From Alphaproteobacteria bacterium (lineage in GTDB: Bacteria; Pseudomonadota; Alphaproteobacteria; Bin95): a stretch of DNA of 64,000 nt. Below are positions 1 to 9,281 of the stretch, piece by piece. Position numbers and translations under genes: made by a program. Location: the NCBI GenBank assembly GCA_965205265.1, contig CBDBGH010000003.1, forward strand, positions 2,080,001-2,144,000, in the 5' to 3' direction. Under the pieces are notes generated by a model. It ran no database searches and was not told the origin of the DNA. It worked only from the letters and a program-made list of their open reading frames with translations. How positions within the stretch are numbered: position 1 is the first letter of the stretch; each line of letters begins with the position of its first letter.

Positions 1-1
1 G

Positions 2-313
2 GACGGCGTCTTCTGCGTCTATTGGAGCGACGATGTTGTCACGGCGATGGCGGACGGCTTCGAAGTCGTGAACTCGACGGCTCGTCGGCCCGGAGAATTC
101 GACGCACAGAAGGTGCTCTTCCGGCATGAGGGCCGCAATGTCGGGGAACTCGAAATGCGGAACTCCAGCCCCGGCCATTACGGCGAGGTGCTGTTCAACA
201 TGAACCGGGAACCGTGCCTTGCGCTCTTGGACGCGGCCGGCTTGGAGACTGCCGAGTGGTCGTCCGAAGTCCGGCTATACGGACAGGCGCGGCGGACCTT
301 CGGTCGCTGGTAG
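2..313 (+). CDS. 3' part of a hypothetical protein running in from the left edge; probable passenger gene of an inserted element
   Basis: Frame is open from nt 2 (DGVFCVYWSDDVVTAMADGF...) to TAG at 311-313. No family recognised. Confidence 0.55.
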   Translation, partial: DGVFCVYWSDDVVTAMADGFEVVNSTARRPGEFDAQKVLFRHEGRNVGELEMRNSSPGHYGEVLFNMNREPCLALLDAAGLETAEWSSEVRLYGQARRTFGRW

Positions 314-339
314 TTTGCGCAAGCATGTATATAATCCCC
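314..339. mobile_element. Probable terminal inverted repeat of an element (possibly IS1595-like) inserted into the ABC binding-protein gene
   Basis: AT-rich TTTGCGCAAGCATGTATATAATCCCC (reverse complement GGGGATTATATAC...) lies exactly where binding-protein homology begins. The other end is outside the window. Confidence 0.35.
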
Positions 340-956
340 TTTCCGAAACGGCGGCCTCGCTCCGCCTTCTGGGCGAGGCGCTCGGCGCCCCGGACCGCGG
401 AGAAGCGCTGGCGGCCGACGTGGAGGCGACCTTTGCGGAACTCCGGGCCGCTCTCGGCGCCGTACCCGTGAAAGACCGGCCGCGCGTCTATCTCGCCCGC
501 GGCCCGGACGGGCTCGAGACCGGGCTGAAGGGCTCCATCAACACGGAGATCATCGAGCTCGCCGGCGGTCGAAACGTCGCCGACGCGCCCGGCCGCTACG
601 GGCTCGTGCGGGCGTCGCCGGAGCAGGTGATTGTGGCCGATCCCGACACCATCGTCACCTGGGACCGGACCTTCTACGACCGCGTCTGGCGCGACCCGCT
701 CTGGCAGGGGATAGCGGCGGTCCGCCGGGGCCGGGTCTATCTCTCGCCGACCGCGCCGTTCGGCTGGATCGACCGCCCGCCCTCGATCAACCGGATGATG
801 GGCCTGAAATGGCTTGCCGGCCTCTTCTATCCCGATCTGTGGCCGGGCGAACTGCGCGCCGAGACGCGCGCCTTCTACAGGCTCTGGTATCATGTCGATC
901 TCGACGGGCCGGACCTCGACCGGCTCCTCGAATGGACAAAGGGACGCGCGCCCTGA
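339..956 (+). pseudogene. C-terminal half of a type II (FecB/BtuF-like) ABC substrate-binding protein; N-terminus and signal peptide missing
   Basis: LSETAASLRLLGEALG...PRVYLARGPDGLETG...PFGWIDRPPSINR. No start or signal peptide upstream. Followed by permease and ATPase genes. Confidence 0.7.
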
Positions 957-1966
957 ACTCCATCGGCAAGCGCGGGGAAACGGGGGCCGGAACGGCGCTC
1001 TGGCTCGCCGGCGCGCTGGTCCTCGGCAGCTTCGCCGCGCTCCTGATCGGGCCCTATCCGCTCGGGCTTGTCGAGGCGCTGTCGGTGCTGACGGGCGGCG
1101 AGACCGCCGCCCGGGCGGAAACCGTGCTGCTGGCGATCCGGCTTCCGAGGGTGGCGGCCTCGCTGCTGGTCGGCGCGGCGCTGGCGGCGGCGGGCGCATG
1201 CTACCAGACGATCTTCCGCAACCCGCTCGTCTCGCCCGACATTCTCGGCGTGTCCGCCGGGGCGGGTCTGGGCGCCGTGCTCGGGATCTTCCTGTCGCTT
1301 CCTGTCGCGGCGATCCAATTGCTGGGCTTCGCCGGCGGGCTCGGCGCGGTCGCTCTCGTCGGTTTCGTCGCCGCTGCGGTGAAGACGGGAGACCGCACCC
1401 TCATCCTCGTGCTGGCGGGCGTGGTGGTCGGGGCGCTCGCCGGCGCGGCGACCTCGCTGCTCAAGGTGCTGGCCGACCCGTACGACCAGCTTCCCGCCAT
1501 CACTTTCTGGCTGCTCGGCAGCCTCGCCGGGGTGCAGGCGGCGGACCTCGTGCCCGCCGCGCCGGTCGTGGCCGCCGGGTTCCTGCCGCTGGTCCTGCTG
1601 CGCTGGCGAATCAACGTGCTGGCGCTCGGCGACGAGGAGGCGCGCGCGCTCGGCGTCGAGGCCGGGCGGCTCCGCCTTGTCGTCATCTTCTGCGCCACGC
1701 TCATCACGGCAAGCGTCGTGGCGGTGGCCGGCGTCGTCGGCTGGGTCGGGCTCGTCATCCCGCATATCGCCCGGATGCTCGTCGGGCCCGGCTTCGGGCG
1801 GCTCCTGCCGGCGGCGGCCCTGCTCGGCGCCGGATACATGCTGGCGGTCGATACGCTCGCGCGCACGATTTCGGCCGCCGAGGTGCCGCTCGGTATATTG
1901 ACGGCCGTGGTGGGCGCGCCCTTCTTCCTCTGGCTGCTCGCACGGGGCCGGCGCGCATGGGCATGA
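953..1966 (+). CDS. FecCD/BtuC-family ABC permease (start approximate)
   Basis: IRLPRV, QTIFRNPLVSPDILGVSAGA and GWVGLVIPHIARML motifs; hydrophobic. Confidence 0.92.
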   Translation: MNSIGKRGETGAGTALWLAGALVLGSFAALLIGPYPLGLVEALSVLTGGETAARAETVLLAIRLPRVAASLLVGAALAAAGACYQTIFRNPLVSPDILGVSAGAGLGAVLGIFLSLPVAAIQLLGFAGGLGAVALVGFVAAAVKTGDRTLILVLAGVVVGALAGAATSLLKVLADPYDQLPAITFWLLGSLAGVQAADLVPAAPVVAAGFLPLVLLRWRINVLALGDEEARALGVEAGRLRLVVIFCATLITASVVAVAGVVGWVGLVIPHIARMLVGPGFGRLLPAAALLGAGYMLAVDTLARTISAAEVPLGILTAVVGAPFFLWLLARGRRAWA

Positions 1967-2778
1967 CCGTCGAGACCCGCGATCTGGCGATCGGCTATCC
2001 GGGCCATGAGGTCGGGTCCGGCATCACGCTCGCCGCCGGGCCGGGCGCGGTGCTCTGCCTGCTCGGCCCGAACGGGTCCGGCAAGACGACGCTGTTCAGG
2101 ACGCAGCTCGGCCTCATTCCGGCGCGGGGCGGGCAGGTGCTCCTGGAAGGCCGGCCGCTCGACCGCCTCTCGCGCGCGGAGATCGCGCAGCGCGTCGCCT
2201 ATGTGCCGCAGGCGCATGCGCCGCCCTTCGCCTGGTCCGCCTTCGAGGTCGTGCTGATGGGCCGGACGGCGCGGCTCGGGCTCTTTTCGCAGCCGGGCGA
2301 GGCCGACCGCGAGGCCGCGCGGGCCGCGCTGGAGCGCCTGCGCATCGGCGGTCTGGCGGAAGCGGACTACACCCGGCTTTCCGGCGGCCAGCGCCAGCTC
2401 GTGCTGGTTGCCCGGGCGCTCGCGCAGGAAACGCCGGCGCTCATCATGGACGAACCGACCGCCAGCCTCGATTTCGGCAATCAGGCGCTGGTGCTCCGCG
2501 AGATTGCCGGGCTTGCCGCAGACGGACTCACGGTCATTCTCTCGACCCAAGATCCCGACCACGCCTTCGCCGTCGGCACCGATGTCGCCCTGCTGCACGA
2601 GGGGCGCGTGAGGGCGGCCGGTCCACCCGCCGCGGCGCTCACCGAAGAGGCGCTGTCGGCCGTTTACGGGGTCGATGTCCGGGTGGAACGCCTCGCCGAC
2701 GGCAGGACGGTCTGTGTGCCGTCACTCTCGCGTCAGGGCGAGAGCCAGCGCACCGACCCGGCTTCGGACAAATCGTAG
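1963..2778 (+). CDS. ABC ATPase, FepC/BtuD-like
   Basis: Walker A GPNGSGKT, LSGGQRQ, Walker B LIMDEPT; ATGA overlap with the permease stop. H-loop reads STQD. Confidence 0.92.
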   Translation: MTVETRDLAIGYPGHEVGSGITLAAGPGAVLCLLGPNGSGKTTLFRTQLGLIPARGGQVLLEGRPLDRLSRAEIAQRVAYVPQAHAPPFAWSAFEVVLMGRTARLGLFSQPGEADREAARAALERLRIGGLAEADYTRLSGGQRQLVLVARALAQETPALIMDEPTASLDFGNQALVLREIAGLAADGLTVILSTQDPDHAFAVGTDVALLHEGRVRAAGPPAAALTEEALSAVYGVDVRVERLADGRTVCVPSLSRQGESQRTDPASDKS

Positions 2779-3626
2779 CCGCCCATCGCGGCGGCCTTGC
2801 GCCGGAACGCGTCGCCGCCCGCGAAGACCAGGAGCGCCTGCACCCGGCCGGTGAAATAGGCCCGCCGGTCGATCAGCAGGTCGAACCGCTCGCTGACCAG
2901 CGGCAGGAAGGACAGATGGAACTGCCGCGCCATCGCCTCGATGCCGGGGGCCGCATCCGCTTCGCCCGCGGCGACCGCCGCCGCCGCATCGCTCTCGGTC
3001 CGCGCCAGCTCCGCGGAAGGAACGAGGTCCGACGCCGTCAGCCCTTCCTTCGCGAGCAGCGCCTCGAAGAGCGCCGCCGCGCCCGCGCCGGGCTGGCGCA
3101 TGACGACCCGCCTGCCCCGGAGGTCGGACATGCAGCGCACCTGGCTGCGCATGGCCTCCGAGAGCACGAGCCCCCGCGCCCGGCCGGCCCAGGCGATCAG
3201 CACCGAGCCGCGCAGGCCGCGCGCGGCGACGGTGCGGAGATTCCAGTCCGCCTCTTCCGGAATATGAAGCCCGGCAAGCGCGGCGCGGCCGCCGGCGAAG
3301 GAGTCCAGGCCGTCGAGGCTGCCGTTCCAGAGCGTCGCCAGGCCCGAGCCGGATTCGCGCACGGCCCAGTCGAGCAGCGGGTCGTGCGAGCCGGTCAACA
3401 CCTCGGGCCGCTCCGGGGACGCGGCCTCGCCGCCGCCCTCGATCCACGCCAGGATCTCCGCGCGCGGGAAGAGCAGCTTGCCGGTGATCCGCCGGTGCGG
3501 AATCCCGCCGGCGGCGGCGAGGTCGTACACCTTGCGTTCGCGCACGCGCAGCAGCGCCGCCACCTCCTTCGTCGTGAGGTAGGGCGGCTGCCCGCCGCCG
3601 GCTTCTTCGAGAGCGTCCTGAGCCAT
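2733..3626 (-). CDS. Excisionase-like HTH plus periplasmic-binding-domain transcriptional regulator (molybdate/tungstate-type)
   Basis: YLTTKEVAALLRVRERKVY HTH followed by GSHDPLLDWA...GSLDGL...RQPGAGA. Confidence 0.85.
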   Translation of the reverse strand: MAQDALEEAGGGQPPYLTTKEVAALLRVRERKVYDLAAAGGIPHRRITGKLLFPRAEILAWIEGGGEAASPERPEVLTGSHDPLLDWAVRESGSGLATLWNGSLDGLDSFAGGRAALAGLHIPEEADWNLRTVAARGLRGSVLIAWAGRARGLVLSEAMRSQVRCMSDLRGRRVVMRQPGAGAAALFEALLAKEGLTASDLVPSAELARTESDAAAAVAAGEADAAPGIEAMARQFHLSFLPLVSERFDLLIDRRAYFTGRVQALLVFAGGDAFRRKAAAMGGYDLSEAGSVRWLSP

Positions 3627-3751
3627 CGCCCATACCAATAACATGGCCCGCGGGACGATGCTTGCCGGTGGCGCTCCGGAGCGCGGTTGAGGACGGCCAG
3701 CGGCAGGGGCAAGATGGACGCCGTATCCGGAGCGGTCGGCGGGCGTGAACG

Positions 3752-4552
3752 ATGAGGCTGAAGGACAAGGCGGCGCTGGTGGTCGGCGCCGGACAGCAGG
3801 AGGGCGATACCGTCGGCAACGGCCGCGCGGCGGCGATCCTGTTCGCGCGGGAGGGCGCGAAGGTGGTGGCGGTGGACAGCAACCTTTCGTCGGCCGAGGA
3901 GACCGCCGCCATGATCCGCGCCGAGGGCGGCGACTGCGTGGCGGTGCGGGGCGATGTGACCGACAACGAGGACTGCGCCGCCTTCGTCCGCGCCTGCACC
4001 GACCGGCACGGGCGCATCGATATCCTTCACTACAATGTCGGCATCACCGGAGACGGGCTGGACAACGACCCGATGACGCTGCCGGAAGAGGTCTGGGACC
4101 GGGTGATGGACGTCAACCTGAAGGGCCTCTACCGCACGGCCCGGCTGGTCGTGCCGATTATGCGCGAGCAGCGGTCCGGGGCGATTGTCGCGGTCTCCTC
4201 GATCATTGCGGTCTGTGCGGCGGACCGCGTGATCTACAAGGCGTCCAAGGCCGGCGTGAACGCCTTCTGCCACATGCTCGCCAGCACCAATTGGGACTAC
4301 GGCATACGCTGCAATGTCATCATGCCCGGCCTGATGGACACGCCCATCTCCATCGGCTACCGGGTCCGCAGAAGCGGCGTCTCCGCCGAAGAGGTGCGCG
4401 CGTCCCGCGACGCCCAGATCCCGCTGAACCGGAAGATGGGGACGGGCTGGGACACGGCCCATGCCGCCCTGTTCCTCGCCTCGGACGAAGCCCGGTTCAT
4501 CACCGGCGTCAACCTGCCGGTCGATGGCGGCATGACCGCCCGCATCGGCTGA
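3752..4552 (+). CDS. SDR family oxidoreductase
   Basis: N-terminal Rossmann fold, YKASK motif, C-terminal ITGVNLPVDGG. Confidence 0.93.
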   Translation: MRLKDKAALVVGAGQQEGDTVGNGRAAAILFAREGAKVVAVDSNLSSAEETAAMIRAEGGDCVAVRGDVTDNEDCAAFVRACTDRHGRIDILHYNVGITGDGLDNDPMTLPEEVWDRVMDVNLKGLYRTARLVVPIMREQRSGAIVAVSSIIAVCAADRVIYKASKAGVNAFCHMLASTNWDYGIRCNVIMPGLMDTPISIGYRVRRSGVSAEEVRASRDAQIPLNRKMGTGWDTAHAALFLASDEARFITGVNLPVDGGMTARIG

Positions 4553-4574
4553 CCGGCGCCGGCCGGGCAACGCC

Positions 4575-7500
4575 ATGACAGGCAAGGGAGCCCCCTACCG
4601 GATCGGCGTCGATGTAGGCGGCACTTTTACCGACTTCGTGCTCCGCGACGAGGAGACGGGACGGGTCGCGGTCCACAAGGTTCCCTCCACGCCCGCCGAC
4701 CCCTCCGAAGCGGTCCGGAACGGCCTGCCGGCGCTGCTCGAAAAGGCGGGAGCGGGTCCGGGCGGCATAGGGCAGCTTCTCCACGCGACGACCGTTGCGA
4801 CCAACGCGATCATCCAGCGGCGCGGGGCGAAGACGGCGCTGATTACCACGCGCGGCTTCCGCGATGTGCTCATCCTCGGCCGGCAGAAGCGCTACGAGAC
4901 CTACGACCTGCACATGCTGAAGCCGGACCCGCTGATTCCCCGCGAGCGGATCTTCGAGGTGCCGGAGCGGGTGAGCTTCGAGGGCGAGGTGCTGGAGCCG
5001 CTCGATGAGGAAGAGCTTGCGCCGGTGCTGGAGCGCATCGCGGCGGGCGGCTACGAGGCGGTGGCGGTGGCCCTGCTCCACGCCTATGCCAACCCCGCGC
5101 ATGAGCGGGCCGTGGGCAGGGCCGTTGCCGCGCGCCTGCCGGGCGCGGCGCTCAGCCTGTCGGTCGATGTCTCGCCGAAGCTCAGGGAATATGAGCGTAC
5201 CAACACCACGGTGGCGAACAGCTTCGTGAAGCCCCTGGTCGGCGCCTATGTGCGGCGGCTGGCGGAGGATTTCGCGGCTGCCGGGGCAACGGCCGAGCTT
5301 TCCATCATGCAGTCGAACGGCGGGCTCGTCTCGCCCGCGCTGGCCGGCGACTATCCCGTCCGCATCGTCGAGAGCGGCCCGGCTGCGGGCGTGCTGCTTG
5401 CGGGGCGGATCGGCCGGGACATCGGCGCGGACCGCGTGCTCAGCTTCGACATGGGCGGCACCACGGCCAAACTCGGCGCCATCGACGGCGGCGAGCCGGC
5501 GATTGCGCCCGTCTTCGAGGTCGATCCGGTCAGATTCAAGAAGGGCTCCGGCCTGCCGATCAACGTGCCGGCGGTTGAGCTGATCGAGATCGGCGCGGGC
5601 GGCGGCTCCGTCGCCGCGGCCGTGGACGGCGCCATCCGGGTGGGGCCGGAAAGCGCGGGCGCGGACCCCGGCCCCGCCTGCTACGGCACCGGCGGCGAGC
5701 GGCCTACGGTGACGGACGCGAACCTCGCGCTCGGCTACCTCAACCCCGCCTATTTCAACGGCGGCGCGATGGCGCTCGACCCGGCCGCGGCTGAGGCGGC
5801 GCTCCAAGAGCATGTCGCCGGGCCGCTCGGCCTCTCCGCGGCGGAGGCCGCCTGGGGCATCCATCTGGTCGCGACCGGCAATATGGAGCACGCGCTGCGG
5901 GTCGTTTCGGTGGAGCGCGGCCGCGACCCCCGCAAATACGCGCTCGTGGCCTTCGGCGGGGCCGGGCCGATCCATGCGGCGAGGATCGCGCGCACGCTCG
6001 GCGTCCGGCAGGTCGTGGTGCCAAGGGCCGCGGGCGTCGGCTCGGCCATCGGAATGCTGGCCGCGGAGGGCCGGCTGGATGCCTCCGTCACCCGCCTGCT
6101 GCGCCTGGACGAGGCGGCGCCCGGAGACATCGCGGCCATCTATGCGGGGCTGGAGGCGCGGCTCAAGGAGGACCTCGCCCGCCTGCCCGGGGCCTCGGAG
6201 CCGGAGTTCCGGCGCTTCGCCTATATGCGCCACACCGGCCAGGGCTTCGAAATCCATGTGGACCTGCCGGCGGGCGAGATCGGCGAAGGCTATACCGCCG
6301 CCTGCGAGGCCGCGTTCCGCGCCGCCTACAGGGCCCGCTACCGCACGGAAGACCCGGCAAGCGCGGTCGAGGGCGTCGACTGGGCGCTGGCCGCCGTGGT
6401 TCCGGGCTCGCGGGACGTATCGGCCGGGGACGCCGGCGCAGCGCCGATCGGCGAGCCGCCGGGCCGGAGGCAGGCCTGGTTCCCGGAGGCGGGCGGCATG
6501 ACCGAGACGGCGGTCTGGCGGCGCGAGGCTATCGGCCCGGACGCCGTGATCGAGGGACCGGCCATCGTGGAGGACGCCGAGGCGACGACCGTCATCCCGC
6601 CGGGCGACCGCGCGCGGCCCGGGCCGGGCGGCCACCTGCTGATCGACATCCAGCAGGCGGCACCCGGACAGGAAGCGGACGACCGGGCCGGGTCCGCCGG
6701 CCCCGGTCCGTGCGGCGGCGGCAGGACGGCAGAGGCGTCCATCGACCCCATCGCCTTCACCGTCATCTGGAACTCGGTCGTCTCCATCGCCGAGGAACTG
6801 GGCACCACCATGCGGCACACGGCCTTCAGCGAGGCGGTGCGCGAGGGCGACGACTTCTCCACCGCCGTGTTCGACGCGAAGGGCCGGATGATCGCCCAGG
6901 GCAATTTCTCGCCCGGCCATCTGGGCTCCATGCCCTTCGTCATCCGCCATGCGACGGAGGTTTATCCGCCCGAAACGCTGCGCCCCGGCGATAGCATCCT
7001 GATGAACGACAGCTGGATGGGCTCGGGCCACTTCCCCGACTTCTTCCAGGTCATGCCGGTGTTCGAGGGAGGGGAGCTGCTGGGCTATGTCGCGGCCTCG
7101 GCCCACCAGATGGACGTGGGCGGCGCGGCGCCCGGCTCGCAGAAGGTCCACGGCGTGACCGAATCCTTCCAGGAAGGATTCCGCATCCTGCCGGTGCGCT
7201 TCTGCCGGGAGGGCGAGATCGACCGCGACATCCTCTCCATGGTGCTCGCCAACACCCGCGTGCCGGACAAGGTGCGCGGCGACGTGATGGCCCAGCACAC
7301 CGCCAACCTGACCGCCGCCGAGCGCTTCCGCCAGCTTTTCCGGGACCACGGCCGGGCCGTTGTCGAGCAGGCCTTCGACGACATTCTCGACCGCAGCGAA
7401 GCACGCATGCGCGCCGCGCTGGCGCGTGTGCCGCCGGGCACATACAGCTTCGACGACCGGATGGACGATTACGGGCCCGGCACGAGGCCGATCCATTTCG

Positions 7501-8321
7501 GCGTCGATATCACCTTCGCCGAGGGGCCGGAGGGCGCGCAGGTGACGGTCGATTTCTCCCGCTCCTCGGACCAGGTGCCGGCCGCCATCAACAGCTATAT
7601 CAACTACACCCGCGCCTACACCTACTTCGCGGTCAAGGTGTTCTGCGACCCGTTCAGCCCGCAGAATGCGGGCGCGATGCGGCCGATAAGGCTGGTGGCG
7701 CGGGAGGGCAGCTTCTTCAACCCGAAGTTCCCGGCACCCTCGGGAGGCCGGGCCGCGCTGCAGGTCCGCATTTTCGACACGATCAACGGCGCGATGGCGC
7801 AGGCCATGCCAGAGCGCGCGATGGGCGCCTTCAGCCACTGGTCCAACCCCAATATCGGCGGGATCGACGACCGCACGGGCAAGCCCTATGTCTTTTACGA
7901 CCTGATCCTGGCCGGCTATGGCGGCCGGGCGGACAGCGACGGGCCGGAGGGCCTGAGCCCCGTGATGAACTGCTCCAACATCCCGGTGGAAGTGCATGAG
8001 ACCAATCTGCCGGTGCTGATACACCGGGTGGAACTGCTGGACGGCACCGGCGGCGCGGGCCGGCACAAGGGCGGTAGCGGCCTGCGCAAGGATATCGAAC
8101 TGCTGGCCGGCGAAGGCGTGCTGACCTTGCTCGGCGACCGGCATGAGAGCCGGCCCTACGGCGTGTTCGGTGGCGAGCCCGGCGCGCTCGGGGAGACGGT
8201 GCTCAACCCCGACGGCAACGGCGAGCGGCTCGGCTCCAAGGAAATCCGCACGCTGAAGCGCGGCGACGTGCTGAGCATCCGCACCAGCGGCGCCGGCGGC
8301 TACGGAACGCCCGACGGATAA
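4575..8321 (+). CDS. Fused hydantoinase A/B (5-oxoprolinase-like) protein
   Basis: IGVDVGGTFTD, DMGGTT and GPESAGADPGP (A part); FSEAVREGDDFS, GHLGSM and GAGGYG (B part). Confidence 0.92.
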   Translation: MTGKGAPYRIGVDVGGTFTDFVLRDEETGRVAVHKVPSTPADPSEAVRNGLPALLEKAGAGPGGIGQLLHATTVATNAIIQRRGAKTALITTRGFRDVLILGRQKRYETYDLHMLKPDPLIPRERIFEVPERVSFEGEVLEPLDEEELAPVLERIAAGGYEAVAVALLHAYANPAHERAVGRAVAARLPGAALSLSVDVSPKLREYERTNTTVANSFVKPLVGAYVRRLAEDFAAAGATAELSIMQSNGGLVSPALAGDYPVRIVESGPAAGVLLAGRIGRDIGADRVLSFDMGGTTAKLGAIDGGEPAIAPVFEVDPVRFKKGSGLPINVPAVELIEIGAGGGSVAAAVDGAIRVGPESAGADPGPACYGTGGERPTVTDANLALGYLNPAYFNGGAMALDPAAAEAALQEHVAGPLGLSAAEAAWGIHLVATGNMEHALRVVSVERGRDPRKYALVAFGGAGPIHAARIARTLGVRQVVVPRAAGVGSAIGMLAAEGRLDASVTRLLRLDEAAPGDIAAIYAGLEARLKEDLARLPGASEPEFRRFAYMRHTGQGFEIHVDLPAGEIGEGYTAACEAAFRAAYRARYRTEDPASAVEGVDWALAAVVPGSRDVSAGDAGAAPIGEPPGRRQAWFPEAGGMTETAVWRREAIGPDAVIEGPAIVEDAEATTVIPPGDRARPGPGGHLLIDIQQAAPGQEADDRAGSAGPGPCGGGRTAEASIDPIAFTVIWNSVVSIAEELGTTMRHTAFSEAVREGDDFSTAVFDAKGRMIAQGNFSPGHLGSMPFVIRHATEVYPPETLRPGDSILMNDSWMGSGHFPDFFQVMPVFEGGELLGYVAASAHQMDVGGAAPGSQKVHGVTESFQEGFRILPVRFCREGEIDRDILSMVLANTRVPDKVRGDVMAQHTANLTAAERFRQLFRDHGRAVVEQAFDDILDRSEARMRAALARVPPGTYSFDDRMDDYGPGTRPIHFGVDITFAEGPEGAQVTVDFSRSSDQVPAAINSYINYTRAYTYFAVKVFCDPFSPQNAGAMRPIRLVAREGSFFNPKFPAPSGGRAALQVRIFDTINGAMAQAMPERAMGAFSHWSNPNIGGIDDRTGKPYVFYDLILAGYGGRADSDGPEGLSPVMNCSNIPVEVHETNLPVLIHRVELLDGTGGAGRHKGGSGLRKDIELLAGEGVLTLLGDRHESRPYGVFGGEPGALGETVLNPDGNGERLGSKEIRTLKRGDVLSIRTSGAGGYGTPDG

Positions 8322-8335
8322 GCCCCGATCGGCGT

Positions 8336-8761
8336 TCAGGGCGCCAAGATCGCAAACCTCTCCCGGGACGCCGCTTCGTTCAAACGTGTATCGAAGCACA
8401 CGAACCCGACACCGGAAGGATCCTCTTCCGCGCTTGCCAGCGCTGCCGCGAGCTGGAGGCTGTCGGCGGCCCGGAGCGGATGCACGCGGAGCAGACGCTG
8501 CGCCAGATCCTTGACGCGCCGGCCCGGCTGGACTTCGTACCACTGCTGCGAGAGAGCATGGAGGCGTTGGATAGCTCCGGACGCTTCGGCCGTCGTCAGG
8601 CTTCCTTCGCGTTCCCGGCGTGAGATCGCCCCGACATACTCAACCGTCGATCCCCACCAGACGGCCATGCGGTCATCCGCCTCCAGCAAGCGGACAGCGA
8701 ACTGCCGGTGTCTTTCATCCACACCGAGAGCGACGAGGGCGGAGGTGTCCCAGAAGTTCAA
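8336..8761 (-). CDS. vapC: PIN-domain VapC toxin
   Basis: FWDTSALV...E...LRAADSLQLAAA...FVCFDTRL acidic PIN residues; ATGA overlap with the antitoxin gene. Confidence 0.9.
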   Translation of the reverse strand: MNFWDTSALVALGVDERHRQFAVRLLEADDRMAVWWGSTVEYVGAISRREREGSLTTAEASGAIQRLHALSQQWYEVQPGRRVKDLAQRLLRVHPLRAADSLQLAAALASAEEDPSGVGFVCFDTRLNEAASRERFAILAP

Positions 8762-9084
8762 CGATTGCCTTCCCGATACTCTTCCTCACGTTCTTCGAGC
8801 AGTGCATCCAAAATCCTGGCGTCCGCCCGGAGGGGTGACCCCAGGACTGTCAAGGGACTCTCCGCCCTGCGTCGCAGTAGTATTCCGGCGCGCTCCAGCC
8901 GGGCAATCCTGGCATCGTCGTCTGCCTCGTTCGTCCCGCCCGTGCTGTCCGCGCCCCGTCCGACAGGGACGATACGCGCCACGGGGGTCGTGCGGTCGAG
9001 CACCAGCACCGTCTCACCCGCTCGAACCCGGCGGAGATAGGCGCTCAGGCCGTTCTTTGCTTCGGAAACCGTAACCCGGATCAT
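8758..9084 (-). CDS. Phd/YefM-family antitoxin
   Basis: MIRVTVSEAKNGLSAYLRRVRAGETVLV..PVARIVP; directly upstream of vapC. Confidence 0.88.
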   Translation of the reverse strand: MIRVTVSEAKNGLSAYLRRVRAGETVLVLDRTTPVARIVPVGRGADSTGGTNEADDDARIARLERAGILLRRRAESPLTVLGSPLRADARILDALLEEREEEYREGNR

Positions 9085-9112
9085 GAGTTTATCCCCGGTT
9101 CCGTATCTATCC

Positions 9113-9141
9113 ATGATAGCCAGATAAATCAGGCTATACAA
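9113..9141 (-). promoter_or_regulatory. sigma70 promoter and operator of the TA operon
   Basis: TTGTAT-17 nt-TATCAT on the minus strand, overlapped by palindrome ATAGCCaGATaaATCaGGCTAT (9116-9137). Confidence 0.7.
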
Positions 9142-9281
9142 GATACAATTGGCCGTTCAAGACCGGCAGGCTTCAACCTGTGTCTTTGCCCTCTATTAAG
9201 CGCGGCTGCCTTTTCGCTGATCGCCACCTCGATTCATGCTTTATACCCTTCCCCACCGGAACCGCGCAGGAAGGACCCGGA

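Noticed and set aside
316-341. Resemblance to a XerCD dif site (TGCGCA..TGTATA..)
   Set aside because: Arm spacing is off and there is no TTATGTTAAAT-like XerD arm; an IS terminal repeat fits better.
4509-8543. Very long antisense and alternative-frame ORFs (e.g. 4509-8543 minus, 25666-28248, 10463-12754)
   Set aside because: Shadow ORFs of GC-rich genes: Arg/Pro/Ala-rich, no motifs, and they fully overlap well-supported genes.
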